Assembly (NCBI GenBank): GCA_050613775.1
Contig: JBODTK010000146.1
Span: 372,001 to 426,150 of the forward strand
Source of the DNA: Neocallimastix sp. 'constans'
Lineage: Eukaryota
Length of the DNA: 54,150 nt
Direction: 5' to 3'
The notes beneath the pieces are model-generated. The model was not told where the DNA came from, did not search any database, and saw only the letters and a program-made list of their open reading frames with translations. Below, piece after piece: positions 1 to 12,768 of this stretch; positions within the stretch are counted from its first letter, which is position 1; each line of letters begins with the position of its first letter. The translations under genes were made by a program, and so were the position numbers.

Positions 1-409
1 TATTTTTTTTTTATTTTGTTTTTTTTGTTAATGGAATAAAATATTATTTTTATTATTTTATATTTTATATAATACATTAACTAATTAACAACAACAACAA
101 TAATTACGACTTTTTTTTTTTTTTTTTTAAATTACATAATTAGAAATTTTTAGTATTTTAATTCATGTACATGATTTAATATATAAATATATAATTAAAT
201 TATTTTAATGTATTTAAAGATAACGTATACAAAAATATAGCATTAAATAAAAAAAATATATATATTTATTATTATTATTAATATATATTATTTAAGATAA
301 TATTAATACTTAATTGTAAATATTTAGTTCAGAAAATACAGATATCTATATATTATATATAATATAAAATAAAGAGATATATATAATAAGCACATAACTA
401 AGCTAACTA

Positions 410-495
410 ATACATGGTTATTACGGGATTGCTGTATTACTCAGCCTTCATATTATACTACGTAGCATAACTACATTATGATAGATTTGTTATAG
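410..495 (+). mobile_element. Degenerate fragment resembling the 3' body of the SINE-like element at 41130-41490
   Basis: Locally GC-richer island. ttacg..gtatt.ct.agc..ttcatat..acgtagcataactac resembles the reverse complement of 41165-41232 (ttacgagggtattcctagcatatgagttcatatgcacgtagctaaactac). Confidence 0.3.
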
Positions 496-2058
496 AATTA
501 GTATATATAGGAGTTTTATACTTAAATTAACAAACTACAGTATATATAGCATAAATATATAATTATATATATATACAATATATTCTTATTAAACGTATAA
601 ATTAGCTATATTAGTGTATATTGCTATATTTAGTGCATATTTATATACGCTCCTTTTTTTTTTTTTATTTTTTTTTATTTTATTATATATATATATATAT
701 ATAAACTAAAACTAAAATATACATATATATAGAAATTTAAAATTTTTAAAAGCTTTCAAATAGTCATTTTTTTTTTTTTTTTTTTTTTTTTAAATGATAT
801 AATTATTTCTAATCCTTATTTTATTATTTAATTATATATATATATTTTACAAGAGCGTAATAAAAGTCTAATAAAAATGTACAAAAAAAAAATTAATATT
901 ATCTATTTATTTATTTTTATGAAATTAATGATTAAAAATAAAAACAAATAAAATATATAATTCGAAAAGTGCATATTATATATATATATATATATTTTAT
1001 TTTTTAGGTTTTATTGTATTTATTTTTTTTTATAAAAATAAAAAAAAAAAAAAGGATACAATAGAATTTTAAAAAAAAAAAAAAAATTCATAAATTATGA
1101 GTTTAGAATAAAAAAAAATAAAAAATTATTATAATAAATGGACCATACATAAAACATTTTAATTAATTTTATTATATATATTTTATTAATATTTTTTTAT
1201 TATATATTTTATACATTAAAGAATCTTAAATCAACAAAATATATAAATTAATTATTATTTTTTAAAAAATTTGAAAAAAAATATTTTATAATTAAAAACA
1301 TATTTATATAAATCTTTTTTTTTTTTTTTTTTTTTTTTTTAATAATATTTAAAATATAAATTAATTTTTAAATTTTAAAATTTAAAAAATTATAATATAA
1401 TACAAAAAAAAAAAAAGTAATTAAATTTTATTAATAAAAAAAAAATTTTTTTTTTTTTTTTTAATTTGAAATTTATATTAAAAAAGTTTTTAATTTATTT
1501 AGGTATAATTATTGCTTTACTTTTTTTTTTATTTATTTTTATTTCAATTTTAATTTTTTTTTCTTTCTTACTCTACTAATTTAATAATAATTTAAAAAAT
1601 AGTATATATATTCTTTTGTTATAGTATTTTTATTTCTGTATCATTTTTTCTCTTATTAAGATTATTAAGTAATATTAAGTAAGTTTTATTAATATAAAGT
1701 TCTTAAAATTTAACAAATAGCTTATATATATTATTATTATTATAATATTATTTAATATATTTTTTTTATAAAAAGAAAAAAAAGTAGTAATAAATTAGAA
1801 TTTTATTTATAACAACCATATATTTAATATTAGTATATTTCAAATTAATAAAATATAATAAATATGCAGTTAATATTAGTATATCTTAAATTATTATATA
1901 ATAAATATAATAATAACACTAAATTTTAAAATGTAATATATAATCTATAATATTATTAATGTGTCATTAATTTTCATTTATAATATATATATAACAAATA
2001 ATAATAACAATAGTAGTAATTTTGAAATTAAACAAGTTATTATAATAAAAATTACAAT

Positions 2059-4337
2059 ATGAGTGAATCAAGAACAGAGCTTATAGCTTGGCTAAACGAT
2101 TTATTAAAATTAAATTATACCAAAGTTGAACAATGTGGAACTGGTAATTTTTGAAATAGAAAAAACTACTAGTACTACTATTACTACTAATATTAATAAT
2201 AACTAAAAATACATTATAATAATTTAATATTAAATATTGAAAAAATATTATTAAAATATTGTTAAAATTTATAAACATATATTTATATGCTTTTAATAAT
2301 ATTCTTTAAATAATATTTTATATATAATGGATCTTCTTTATAAAAAAAAAAATAGGTGCAGCACTTTGTCAAATTATTGATTCAATTTACCGTAAATATT
2401 ATAATGTTTATAAAATAAATTTAAAAATAAAACAAAAAAAAAAAAAAAAAAAGAAAATAATAGTAATAGTGATAAGTAATATTAAAATAATATATTATTT
2501 AACTTCATTTATATATATATATATATTTATAATATCATTTAAATCTGTAGCTGGAACTGTTCATTTATCAAGAGTAAAATTTAATGCAAATCAAGAATTT
2601 GAATACATTCAAAATTTCAAAATTTTACAAGCAGCTTTCCAAAAAAATAATATTGATAAAGTAAAAATATTATCTTTAATCATTTAATTATATAATTTAA
2701 ATATTACTTATAATCTTTTAAAATTTAAAACTTTTAATACTTTAATTAAAATATTTAAATATGTAAATTATTATTAAAGTTATTATTATTATATAAATAG
2801 ATATGTTACAATAGTTTTTTATTATTATTTATTATTAATTATTAATTATTATTCAAATATTATTAATTATAAATATTTTATTATTATTGTTGTTACATTT
2901 TTTATTTAATATTTCTATATAAATTTTCTATATAAATTTATATACTAATTACTATTAAATTACTAAAATATATGACTAAGAACATTCCAGTTGAAAGACT
3001 TGTCAAATGTAGATTCCAAGATAATTTAGAATTTTTACAATGGATGAAAAAATATTGGGACACTTATTATAGTGGTGAAGAATATGATGCTATATCTAGA
3101 AGAAACAGTTCTCCAATGAATAGAAGAGGATGTAAATATAATTATAAAGATAAAAAATTGTACAAAAAAATAGTTTTAAAAATCAAATTTTTTATAATAA
3201 AGTTAATAACATCAATAGTAATAATATTAATAATAAAAATAAAAATATAATATTTTAAATAAATAAATACATAATAATAATATATTTATTTATTTGTTTA
3301 TTTTATTTTACATGTTTTGTTTTTATTTTTTTTTTTAAATCTTTTTATATATATACATATTTTATTTTTTTATTTTTTTATTTTTAACAATCAATATATT
3401 AAATAATATATATATTAAATATATATCATATTTATGTTAATATCCATTAATTATTATATTAAATTAAAACCAAATACTTTAATAAAAAAAAAATAGTAAA
3501 AGATAGTGCATTATCTTCAAGAAAAACTTCTGTTGCCAGTACAACAACAAAGAGAACTGTTGAAAAGAAAAAAATACCAGATAATAGTACACTTAGGTAA
3601 ATAATAATAACAATTATATATATATATATTTTGTGGAAAGAGAATGGGAAACTTATTGTTTAAAATATTATATTTATAAATTTTAACAAATTATATGTAT
3701 TATAATTTTATATAAATGGTATATAATATAATTTAGTAAACAAAATAGTAAGGTTGAAGAATACGATAAAATTATTATGGGATTGAATGAAGAAATTGAA
3801 GAATTAAAATTAAATGTAGACGGATTAGAGAAGGAAAGAAACTTTTACTTTGGTAAACTTCGGGAAATTGAAATTTTAGTACAAACTCAGTTAGAGGTAT
3901 ATATATATGTATATGCAAATAATATTGATATTAAAATATAAATTAAACAATAAAATAGATATAACTTAATATATCATCAATAACATATCTATTATCTCGT
4001 AATTTTTATTTTTATTTTTATTTTTTATTTTTTATTTTTTTTTTTAAAAAAAACAAATAAAGAATGAAACTGAGTCTAATGAATATTCATCAGTGTTAAA
4101 AGATATTCAAACCATTTTATATAGTACTGAGGTAATGTTTTTTTTTTTAATTTTATTTTAATATTAAAAATTTTATTTCTTTATATAATACTACTACTAA
4201 TAATAATAATAATTAAATAAAATTATAATCTTTAATTAAATGTACAAATATATTAATATTTATCATTATAGGAAGGTTTTGAAATACCAGAAAATGGTGA
4301 AGCGGCGGAAGGAGAAAATGAAGAAGAAATGTTCTAA
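2059..4337 (+). CDS. BIM1: EB1/Bim1/Mal3 microtubule plus-end tracking protein (8 exons)
   Basis: Exons ~2059-2143, 2356-2391, 2551-2660, 2981-3131, 3497-3596, 3737-3896, 4063-4131, 4272-4337, all GT-AG. CH domain [48 protein letters not shown] motif [16 protein letters not shown]; acidic EEEMF tail. Confidence 0.95.
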
Positions 4338-4598
4338 GAAAGTTAGAAAAAAAAATTATTCATTCGCTATAACATTATGTCCATTATATTAGCAATTTAA
4401 TTCATTTTTTTTATATATTAATTATATTATAAAATATTATAAATTATAGTATTAAATATATTTTATTTTATTAAAAAACAAAACAAAACAAAACAAAACA
4501 CAAAAACAATATATACTAAAAAATATAATATATATTGAATAAACTTTTAGATTTGAATATATGCTAAATAAAATTTAAATAAATAAATAAATAAATAA

Positions 4599-4662
<64 letters not shown>

Positions 4663-5189
4663 AGTGCTCATTATTAATTAGTTTTTATGTAAAAATATAT
4701 ATATATATAAATATATAAAAAATTACAATAAATAATAATAAATAAATAATAATAACAATTAATAAATAATAATAAAAGAATACCATTATTTAAAATTCTA
4801 GGATGACAACATAAAATATATATATATATATATAAATTCAAATAAAATAATAAAAAAATAATAATGATAAAAATAAAATAAAATATAATATAATCAATTA
4901 ATATATATATATGATTAAATTTTTTGAAAAGATAATTATAAAAATATGATACTTTGAATTATTTTGTTACTTATTTTATATATATATATATTATATTTAC
5001 TATTTAGATAGCTTTAAAATATATAAATCTATTTTTTTTTTTTAACCTAATTAATAAATAATATAAAAATATTAAAATCTTCATAGATATCAGTCTCATT
5101 TTTAAAATTACTATTTATTATTAAAATAATATATATATATTTTCTTTTTCATTTTTTGTTATATAATAGAAGAGAGATAGAATGTTATC

Positions 5190-5251
<62 letters not shown>

Positions 5252-5551
5252 TTTAATATAAATAATTATTAATAGTTTTTTTTTTTTTTTAATCAAAAAA
5301 TATAATCTTGTTTATCTCGTTTATATTATAGATTAAAGTAAGATAATGAAATATAATATAAAGTATAATTTCTTGATATAAAAAAAAAAAAAAAAAATAA
5401 AAATAATAATAATTAAAAAATAATAAAAAAATAAATAAAAAATATTATTATTACAATTTGATATTAATTACCATATTTCCATTACCATTATCCTTGTTAT
5501 TAATATTATATTGCATTATATTTGAATTATAATTTTCATTTAGTAAAAACT

Positions 5552-5587
<36 letters not shown>

Positions 5588-6435
5588 TGAATTTTGATAT
5601 AAAATTTATGCTATGAATTTTATTATTTATAATATTAACTTGATATTATTATGTTATTAATTATTTCTATTCTAAATTAACCTTTTAATTCTACATGAAT
5701 AAAATATTTTTACATTTTATTAATTTCTTTAATTCGATTTAAATATTGTTAAAATAATTTCTTAATTATATTTGTAATCAAATAATTTCCCCCTAAAACT
5801 AAGTATTTAATATTATTACACCATTAATATTAGATGTATCTAAAACATCTCTTATAATATATGATTTATATATTACCATTTGTATGATGGAAATCTTTCT
5901 CTTGAAGTTTGATATTATACCATCTCAATTTGTGTGAATGCTTCTTATATATTGGGTTTTACATCACTTTCAATTATAATCCGTTTTATAGATTAGCGCT
6001 AACTTTTATATATATTTCGCTTTGTAGCTTTGGCGATAACTATTAAATATTGATTTATAAATTATTATTAACTATTAAAATATTTTCGCTTTGTAGTTTT
6101 GAGATTCATATTGGATGAGTTTTGTAAAACTTCATCAAATTAAGTTTTATTACATTAAAGTAACTTGCAATCATTATATAAATTATTATTAATCTGTTAA
6201 AATTTTTTAGCCTAAAGTTACATTTGTTAAACTATCAAGTTATAGATTTTAATTATAGAAGCGTGAAGAAATTGTTCTAATTAGGTGCTTAAAATGTATT
6301 TGCTCTTCATATTGTAATTAAATATATATGGTTATTTAAAATAGATAACATTTAAGTGACATAAGGAGTAATTCTTTTTATATTATAAATGTTGGAATTT
6401 TGGGAAATCATTATAAGAGAAAATTTTATTTCCTA

Positions 6436-8550
6436 TTAATGTTTACAACAACAGGCGATAATAATAATTAAAATTATTATAACAAAAATTCCAATTCCAA
6501 TTCCAATCCATAACCAAGGTGATTTATTATTATTTTCTTGATCTTGTTCATTATAAAGTTGATCATCATCCCATATATAATCAGTAGTTTTATTATCATC
6601 TAATATTTCATCATCATTATCTATATCAATGATATCGTAATCACATATTTCAATTTCTCCATCACCTAAATTACTAAAAATATTAACCTTATAAGCAGAA
6701 TTCGAATTTTTACAATAATCAATTCCAAGACAATCTAAATAAGCAATTTTATTTTTTTTTTCTATCTATTTTAGTAACTTAAAATAATATCATTATTTTT
6801 TATAGTAATAATAAGAAATGATTCACTTGATTTATCATTATATGAGGAATCATATATACCACTTTTAAAATCTTTGGCAATATTAAATTTTAAAGATGTA
6901 GATGTAAATCCAGCAAAATAGAATCTTTCACCAACATACCATTTTTCTGGTATTTTTTTTGTAATACCTCTATATACAACAGTATTTTCTTCAATTTTAT
7001 AATAATCATATAAACTATATGAACTAGTTAACATGTTCCAGAAATTCAATGAACAATAAAACAGCTATGAATTAATATAAATGATATTGTTTTTATAATT
7101 TGCAAACCTAACTAGTTTGAGGATATATGAGCATATATTTGACTATGTTGATTGATCAAAGCCATGTTCAACTAGCTAGGTTTTAAAAAACTAACCTATA
7201 TTGTTCATATATATTAAATATATCGATAATTGCTATATTTTTATATAAACTATTAATATTATTAATATATGAACAATACTGCAATATGCTGATTTTGAAT
7301 GCCTTTTTGATACAAAACAGCTATATTTTTCAATCAAACAATACAAACAAACATATATCGTTAAACTTATGCAATCATAGCTAGATTGTTCAAGGCATTC
7401 AAAATCGAAACAACTATTATTAATCATATATATTGATATATAAACAATATATGTTGTTTGATTGTATTTGTATGCCAAATATATGTATTTTATTGTTTAA
7501 AATAGTATCAACTTAACAACTATGTTTATATGTGTATTTTGATGAACATTGATGCTAAATGATAGATAAATATAATATATCATCATTCTGGAGCATATAT
7601 ATATTAATGAACAACATAGGGTTTTGATGCTAAAACTATGCTAAAAACACATGCAAATTCATCAAAAAAATAAAAATAAAAATAAAATAAAAATAAAATA
7701 AAAATAAAATAAAAAACATAATCATATATATGCATAGTTTTAGCATAAACATAGCATAAATATACAATATTAGCAATATATATTATTATTAATATATCAA
7801 AAAAGCTATGTTGTTAATTAATTAAACATATGCATATATTGCTAATATATGATATAGCTATATGGTTTATATAAACATAACAGCTATATTGTTAATTGAA
7901 TATCAAAGCTGCATTGTTAATTAAACATTCAAAACATATATGGTTTATATACAATCATAGCTATTTTGTTCATTGATTTATATAGGCTCCAAATTATTTA
8001 TAAACAATAGGGTTTTATGCTATATATATGCTAAAAACTATACTATTTATATATATATAATTTCCGGAGCCTTAATTAATAAATGTAAAATGGTATAATT
8101 TTTGTACAAATATATGCTAAAAACCATATGATTTTAAATATTCAAAAAACTAAAAATATTGAATGAACAAATGAACGTTTAAATAAGACGAAGCGAAAAT
8201 AGGGGAGTGAGAGATCAAGAACATAACGTAGTGAAGCTGCGTAGAGGCTCGAGATCACCCGAGAGTGAGCGTAGTTGAATCAGTGAATGAAGTTTCATGT
8301 AAACAATATATCCAAGATCTTATATCTTTTTCAAGTAATTTATATTGATTAATTATTTCATCTATTTTACCAGTCTTTAAATATGAATTAATTAATCTAC
8401 TATTATTAACATGTTTTGCATACAACCAAGCAAATTCAAAATCACTCAGATAATTATAATAATATTTATTACCATAAAAGAAGTATCTTTTTCTTTAACT
8501 ATTCCTAGAAAGTTATCAGATACCTTTTTAAATGATACAATATAACTTCT
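6436..8550 (-). pseudogene. Membrane-anchored mono-ADP-ribosyltransferase (R-S-E/VIP2-like) pseudogene, interrupted by an insertion
   Basis: Removing 7032-8290 gives the in-frame protein ..SRLINSYLKTG..IRSWIYCLHET|LTSSYSLYDYYKIEENTVVYRGI..FYFAGFTSTS..; YRG and STS are ART motifs. After frameshifts it continues VTKIDRKKNKIAYLDCLG, an acidic stalk, PWLWIGIGIGIFVIIILIIIIACCCKH and a stop at 6436-6438. No catalytic E-x-E segment is visible. Frameshifts near 8478, 6781 and 6755. Confidence 0.8.
7032..8290. mobile_element. Non-coding 1259-bp insertion without target-site duplication
   Basis: Exact excision restores the ART reading frame. On the minus strand it sits between T and T. Internally repetitive (CAGCTAT/ATAGCT, TATGCTAAAAAC motifs; inverted pair ~7044-7075 and ~7953-7980). 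GC-rich end 8185-8290 with hairpin CTCGAG-ATCA-CCCGAG at 8248-8263. No GT-AG ends. Confidence 0.75.
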
Positions 8551-8856
8551 TAAATTTAAAATTTAAAATTTAAAATTTTAAATTTAAATTAACATGTTAA
8601 AATTTTGAAAAAGTACTTTTAAACTGTTTATAGAAGTTTAAAATTATTTATATTTCAATTCAAATAAGATTATTCTTCTTCTAATTTAGATTATTTCAAT
8701 TTCGGAATTTTGAAATTTCAATTTTGAGATTTTGAGATCTCAAGATGAATTTTCCTGATATGGCTTATATCAGGCTGGGTAGCTTCATCGGCAAATTACA
8801 AAATAATAATATTATTATTTTGTTTTCCTGATTAGAGTCATTGAGACTCTTAATCT

Positions 8857-8857
<1 letters not shown>

Positions 8858-8951
<94 letters not shown>
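8858..8951 (+). repeat. (AAT)n microsatellite abutting the element end
   Basis: Perfect trinucleotide run directly after ..taatctgt. Confidence 0.95.
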
Positions 8952-8952
<1 letters not shown>

Positions 8953-9621
8953 GAAATAATATATATAAGTTTTAAATTTAATTGCTAATTTAATTTGACA
9001 ATATTAATGGATAATACGTATAGAATTTATTATACTCCACTAACCAAAATATATATATATATATATATATAAATTTAATTTGACATTAATAATATAGAGT
9101 AAGTGGATAATTTTTTTTTTTTTTTATTTTAAAAAAAAATTTATCTATAAAGTATGTTAAAAATAAAACGACAATAATAATGACAACAACAATAATCACA
9201 AAGAGGATAAAACTTGATCCTATGACGATAATAGAGTAACTTTCATTAATATTTAAATTAAAAAAAAAAAAAATAAAAAAAAAAATAATAGAATCTATTT
9301 AAAAATATCTCCATTATATTTAAATTATAGTTAAAAAGGCAATTAATTTTATTAATAATTTTCATTTTACTTATTATAAAATTTAAATCAAGAATAAATT
9401 CAATACATTTTATTTTTTTTTATTTTTATTTTTATTTTTTTATTTTTTTTTTTTTTTTGTATAATTAATAACTAATCTATATATATTATCTAATTTTTTT
9501 TTTATTATTTATTTATTTATTTATTATCATTATTATTAATATTATTATTATTTATAATGGGAAAGCACTTTAAATATATTTAATATCAATTACTTAAAGA
9601 AGAAAAAAAATTTTTTTTTTT

Positions 9622-10031
9622 TTACTTTCTAAAAATGATCTTTTGTAAAATAGTTTTAACAGATGGACCTTTAATATTTTGTTGAATAAGTTTTGGAAGC
9701 ATCTTAGTATTAGCAACACCTCTAGCTAATACTGGACCAGAAATCTTTCTTACACCAAATCTTGGAGCCTTAAATACAGAATCAGACTTTAATTGTTTAG
9801 CTAAGGCTTTACCTTGTTCACTTCCAAGCTTCTTCTTGGTAACAACACTAACACGTAAATATTCTAATGGAGTAGTAAGGAAAATACTAGTCATTGAAGC
9901 ACAAATACTACCAATACCTGGGTAGTAGAATGGAATTGGCTTTTCTGGATGATTACGTTTATTGTATTGAACAATAGCTCTTTGATAAATTTCATCAAAA
10001 GCAAAGAAAGTAACTAAGAATGGCATAGAAC

Positions 10032-10065
<34 letters not shown>

Positions 10066-10940
10066 AAAAATCATAAATTAAGAATATTATTATTAGGAAT
10101 GAAAAGAAATATTTTTTATACATTATAATATTAATTTCAATAATATATATTAAATATACACATATATAATATTATCTTTTATAATAGTGATAACACTTAC
10201 GCGAAATAACTATTCCAGTAACCTTTCCATAATTTAAGTAAACCTTCATTCTGAACAAATTTAATACCAGACTTTAAGAAATTCATTTGCTTTTGATTAT
10301 TGATTAAACGATATTGGTGAATTTTAGAATATGGGAGCCAAATACTATTTTGCAAAAGAATACCAATAGAACCAGCACCATAGGCTAATTCAACTGGGTT
10401 AATATTTGGGAAACGATTACGAACTGGAACTTTCATAATTTCATAACTAGCCAATACAAAACCAGTAACTGGGCAATTAAAGAAAACATTATTGTAGAAA
10501 TCTTTAAAAACACCATTAATATGAATATATTTCTTTAAATGTAATGGATTGTTTTTTGGAGCATCATATAAATGTGGTTTATATCTTTTTTCAATTGGAT
10601 AATAAACAGTTTCTTTTTTAATATTAAATTTTAAAAATTTATAAATATATAGTAAAAAATTTTTATATATAAAAAAAAGGTAAGTAATAATAAACATACA
10701 AAATTAATTGATTAATTTTAATTTTTTAATGCTATTATAAAGTTTATAAATATATAATTCTATAATCTTTTTTACTATTAATATTTTTAACATATAATTA
10801 CCTGCACAAACACCTGATAAAGTACCAATAATAAAAGAAGTTAAAATATTACTTGGTACAATTTTGTACTTTTTTTCATTTGGATTTTTATTTTCTTTAG
10901 GCATATCAACCTTTGGTGGTCTTAAAGTTGTAGCTGACAT
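9622..10940 (-). CDS. Divergent mitochondrial carrier family (SLC25-like) protein, 3 exons
   Basis: Exons ~10940-10802, 10612-10201, 10029-9622. Carrier-type helix and signature segments GTLSGVCAETVYYPIEKR, GAGSIG..WLPYSKI, EGLLKLWKGY and GSICAS..TTPLEYLR. Confidence 0.7.
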
Positions 10941-11244
10941 TCTGAATTAGCTTAAATAATATATTTTATTTATTATATTTTATATAATAATTGATAATAA
11001 ATATATTTAAAAAAGAAAATGAAAAAGATTTATATTAATGAATATAATTATAATGTATATAATAAATAGATGAAAAAAGAATAAATATTTAATAAATTTA
11101 ATTATTTCCTTTTCTTATAATAATAAAAAAAAAAAAAATAGTATATTAAAAATATTAGAATAAAGATATCTTTTAAGGATATATATTATTTTTTCTTTTG
11201 ATAAAAAAAAAAAAAAAGGAATTCGATTAAAATTAATAAAATTA

Positions 11245-11272
11245 TAAACAAGTTATAATTATAACTTGTTTA
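11245..11272. repeat. Perfect 28-bp palindrome in a divergent intergenic region
   Basis: TAAACAAGTTATAA|TTATAACTTGTTTA. Confidence 0.85.
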
Positions 11273-11922
11273 AATTATGTAAGATTAAATTTTTTAGCAT
11301 AATAAAAAAAATATATCAAAATAAAAAAAAGAAAAAAAAATAAATAAAATAAAATAAAATAAAATAAGATTTACCTCTTAAATAAATAAATCCCTATAAA
11401 ATTTAACTTTTATATTTTAATAAATTAATATATTTAATAAATTGAATAAAAATTAAAAATACTTCCCAAAAAATAATTTAAATAAGTTAGAATATTAAGA
11501 TAAAATAAAAAAAAAAAAATAAAAAAAAAAAAAAAAATAAAAAAATAAAATAAAAAATTTATATATAAATATATCAAATTTTATAATTCAGTCTACTAAT
11601 ATAATTTTTAAAAAAAGCAGCATAAAGTTTAAGCTTACTAAGTAACTTTTAGCTTATTATGTAACTACACCTTAGATTTCATAAAATGTAAATTGAAATT
11701 TATATAAAGCATATATTTAATTATATATATAATATATAAATATATATTATAATTCCATTTAACAATATCAATCTTTCAATAAGTATTATTTATAAATATA
11801 TATTAGTTTATTAATATGATCGATCATATTTTAATACATAAATCTTTAACAAGATTATTGGCTTATACTAATATATTTTTAATTAAAAATAATATATAAT
11901 ATTTATTTAATAAATTATTGAG

Positions 11923-12099
<177 letters not shown>

Positions 12100-12768
12100 A
12101 GAAACAAAAATGATGATTTTAAAAATGAATATTACATCTTTTTTTATAAATTTAAATTATTTTATTAAAAAATAGTAATTTTTAATATTTATTTAATAAT
12201 ATATTATTCATTAATTTATTATTAATTAGTAAATTTATTTAATTAGTATTTGATTATTTAGTTATTTTTATTAAAATTAGTTGGACCGCACATCTCATTC
12301 CACCATATATCTGTAAAATTAATAATAAAAATTTTTAAAAAAAAAAAAATTATTAATTATTATTATTAAAAAAATTTTAAAAATATTAAAATAAACACTA
12401 ATTAAATATTTTAATTAAATAATATAAAATAAATTATATATCAAATATTCTTTTCTGCATTTATTTTTTTTTAACTTTTAAAATTTCATAAAGATAATAT
12501 TTAAGATCATTTTTTTGGAAAGGTAAAAATATAAATTAATAATGTTTAATAATAATAATAAAAAATATATATCAATAATTTAATAAAGTGTATTATTATA
12601 TTTTATTTTTTAAATTTATTGAATTATTATTTAATAATTTTAAAATTGAAAATTCCAAAAAAAAAAAAAAAATATTATAATATCAGTAATAATAATAATA
12701 ACAATAGTAATAAAAAAAATTTCAATTAATATTTAATAAATTTAGCCTTTTATAATATAAAATAAAAT

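Larger units (their letters stand above)
5767..8858 (-). mobile_element. Copy 1 of a degenerate LTR-retrotransposon-like element, carrying an ART cargo gene
   Basis: 5767-6210 is near-identical to 26257-26698, and 8705-8858 is similar to 27418-27564. Polypurine tract AGGGGGAAA on the minus strand at 5786-5794. Frameshifted RNase H-like remnants on the minus strand (..ASYF..VLQ..HPI..KL..IIIESD.KP..LRW..KLQEKDF). No recognisable LTRs flank this copy. Confidence 0.6.

Noticed and set aside
7233..7478. 81-aa ORF within the insertion
   Set aside because: No recognisable motif; it lies in internally repetitive sequence.
7032..8290. Insertion as a spliceosomal intron of the ART gene
   Set aside because: The minus-strand ends are TC..TG (or CA..GT), not GT/GC..AG, and the gene has other disabling lesions.
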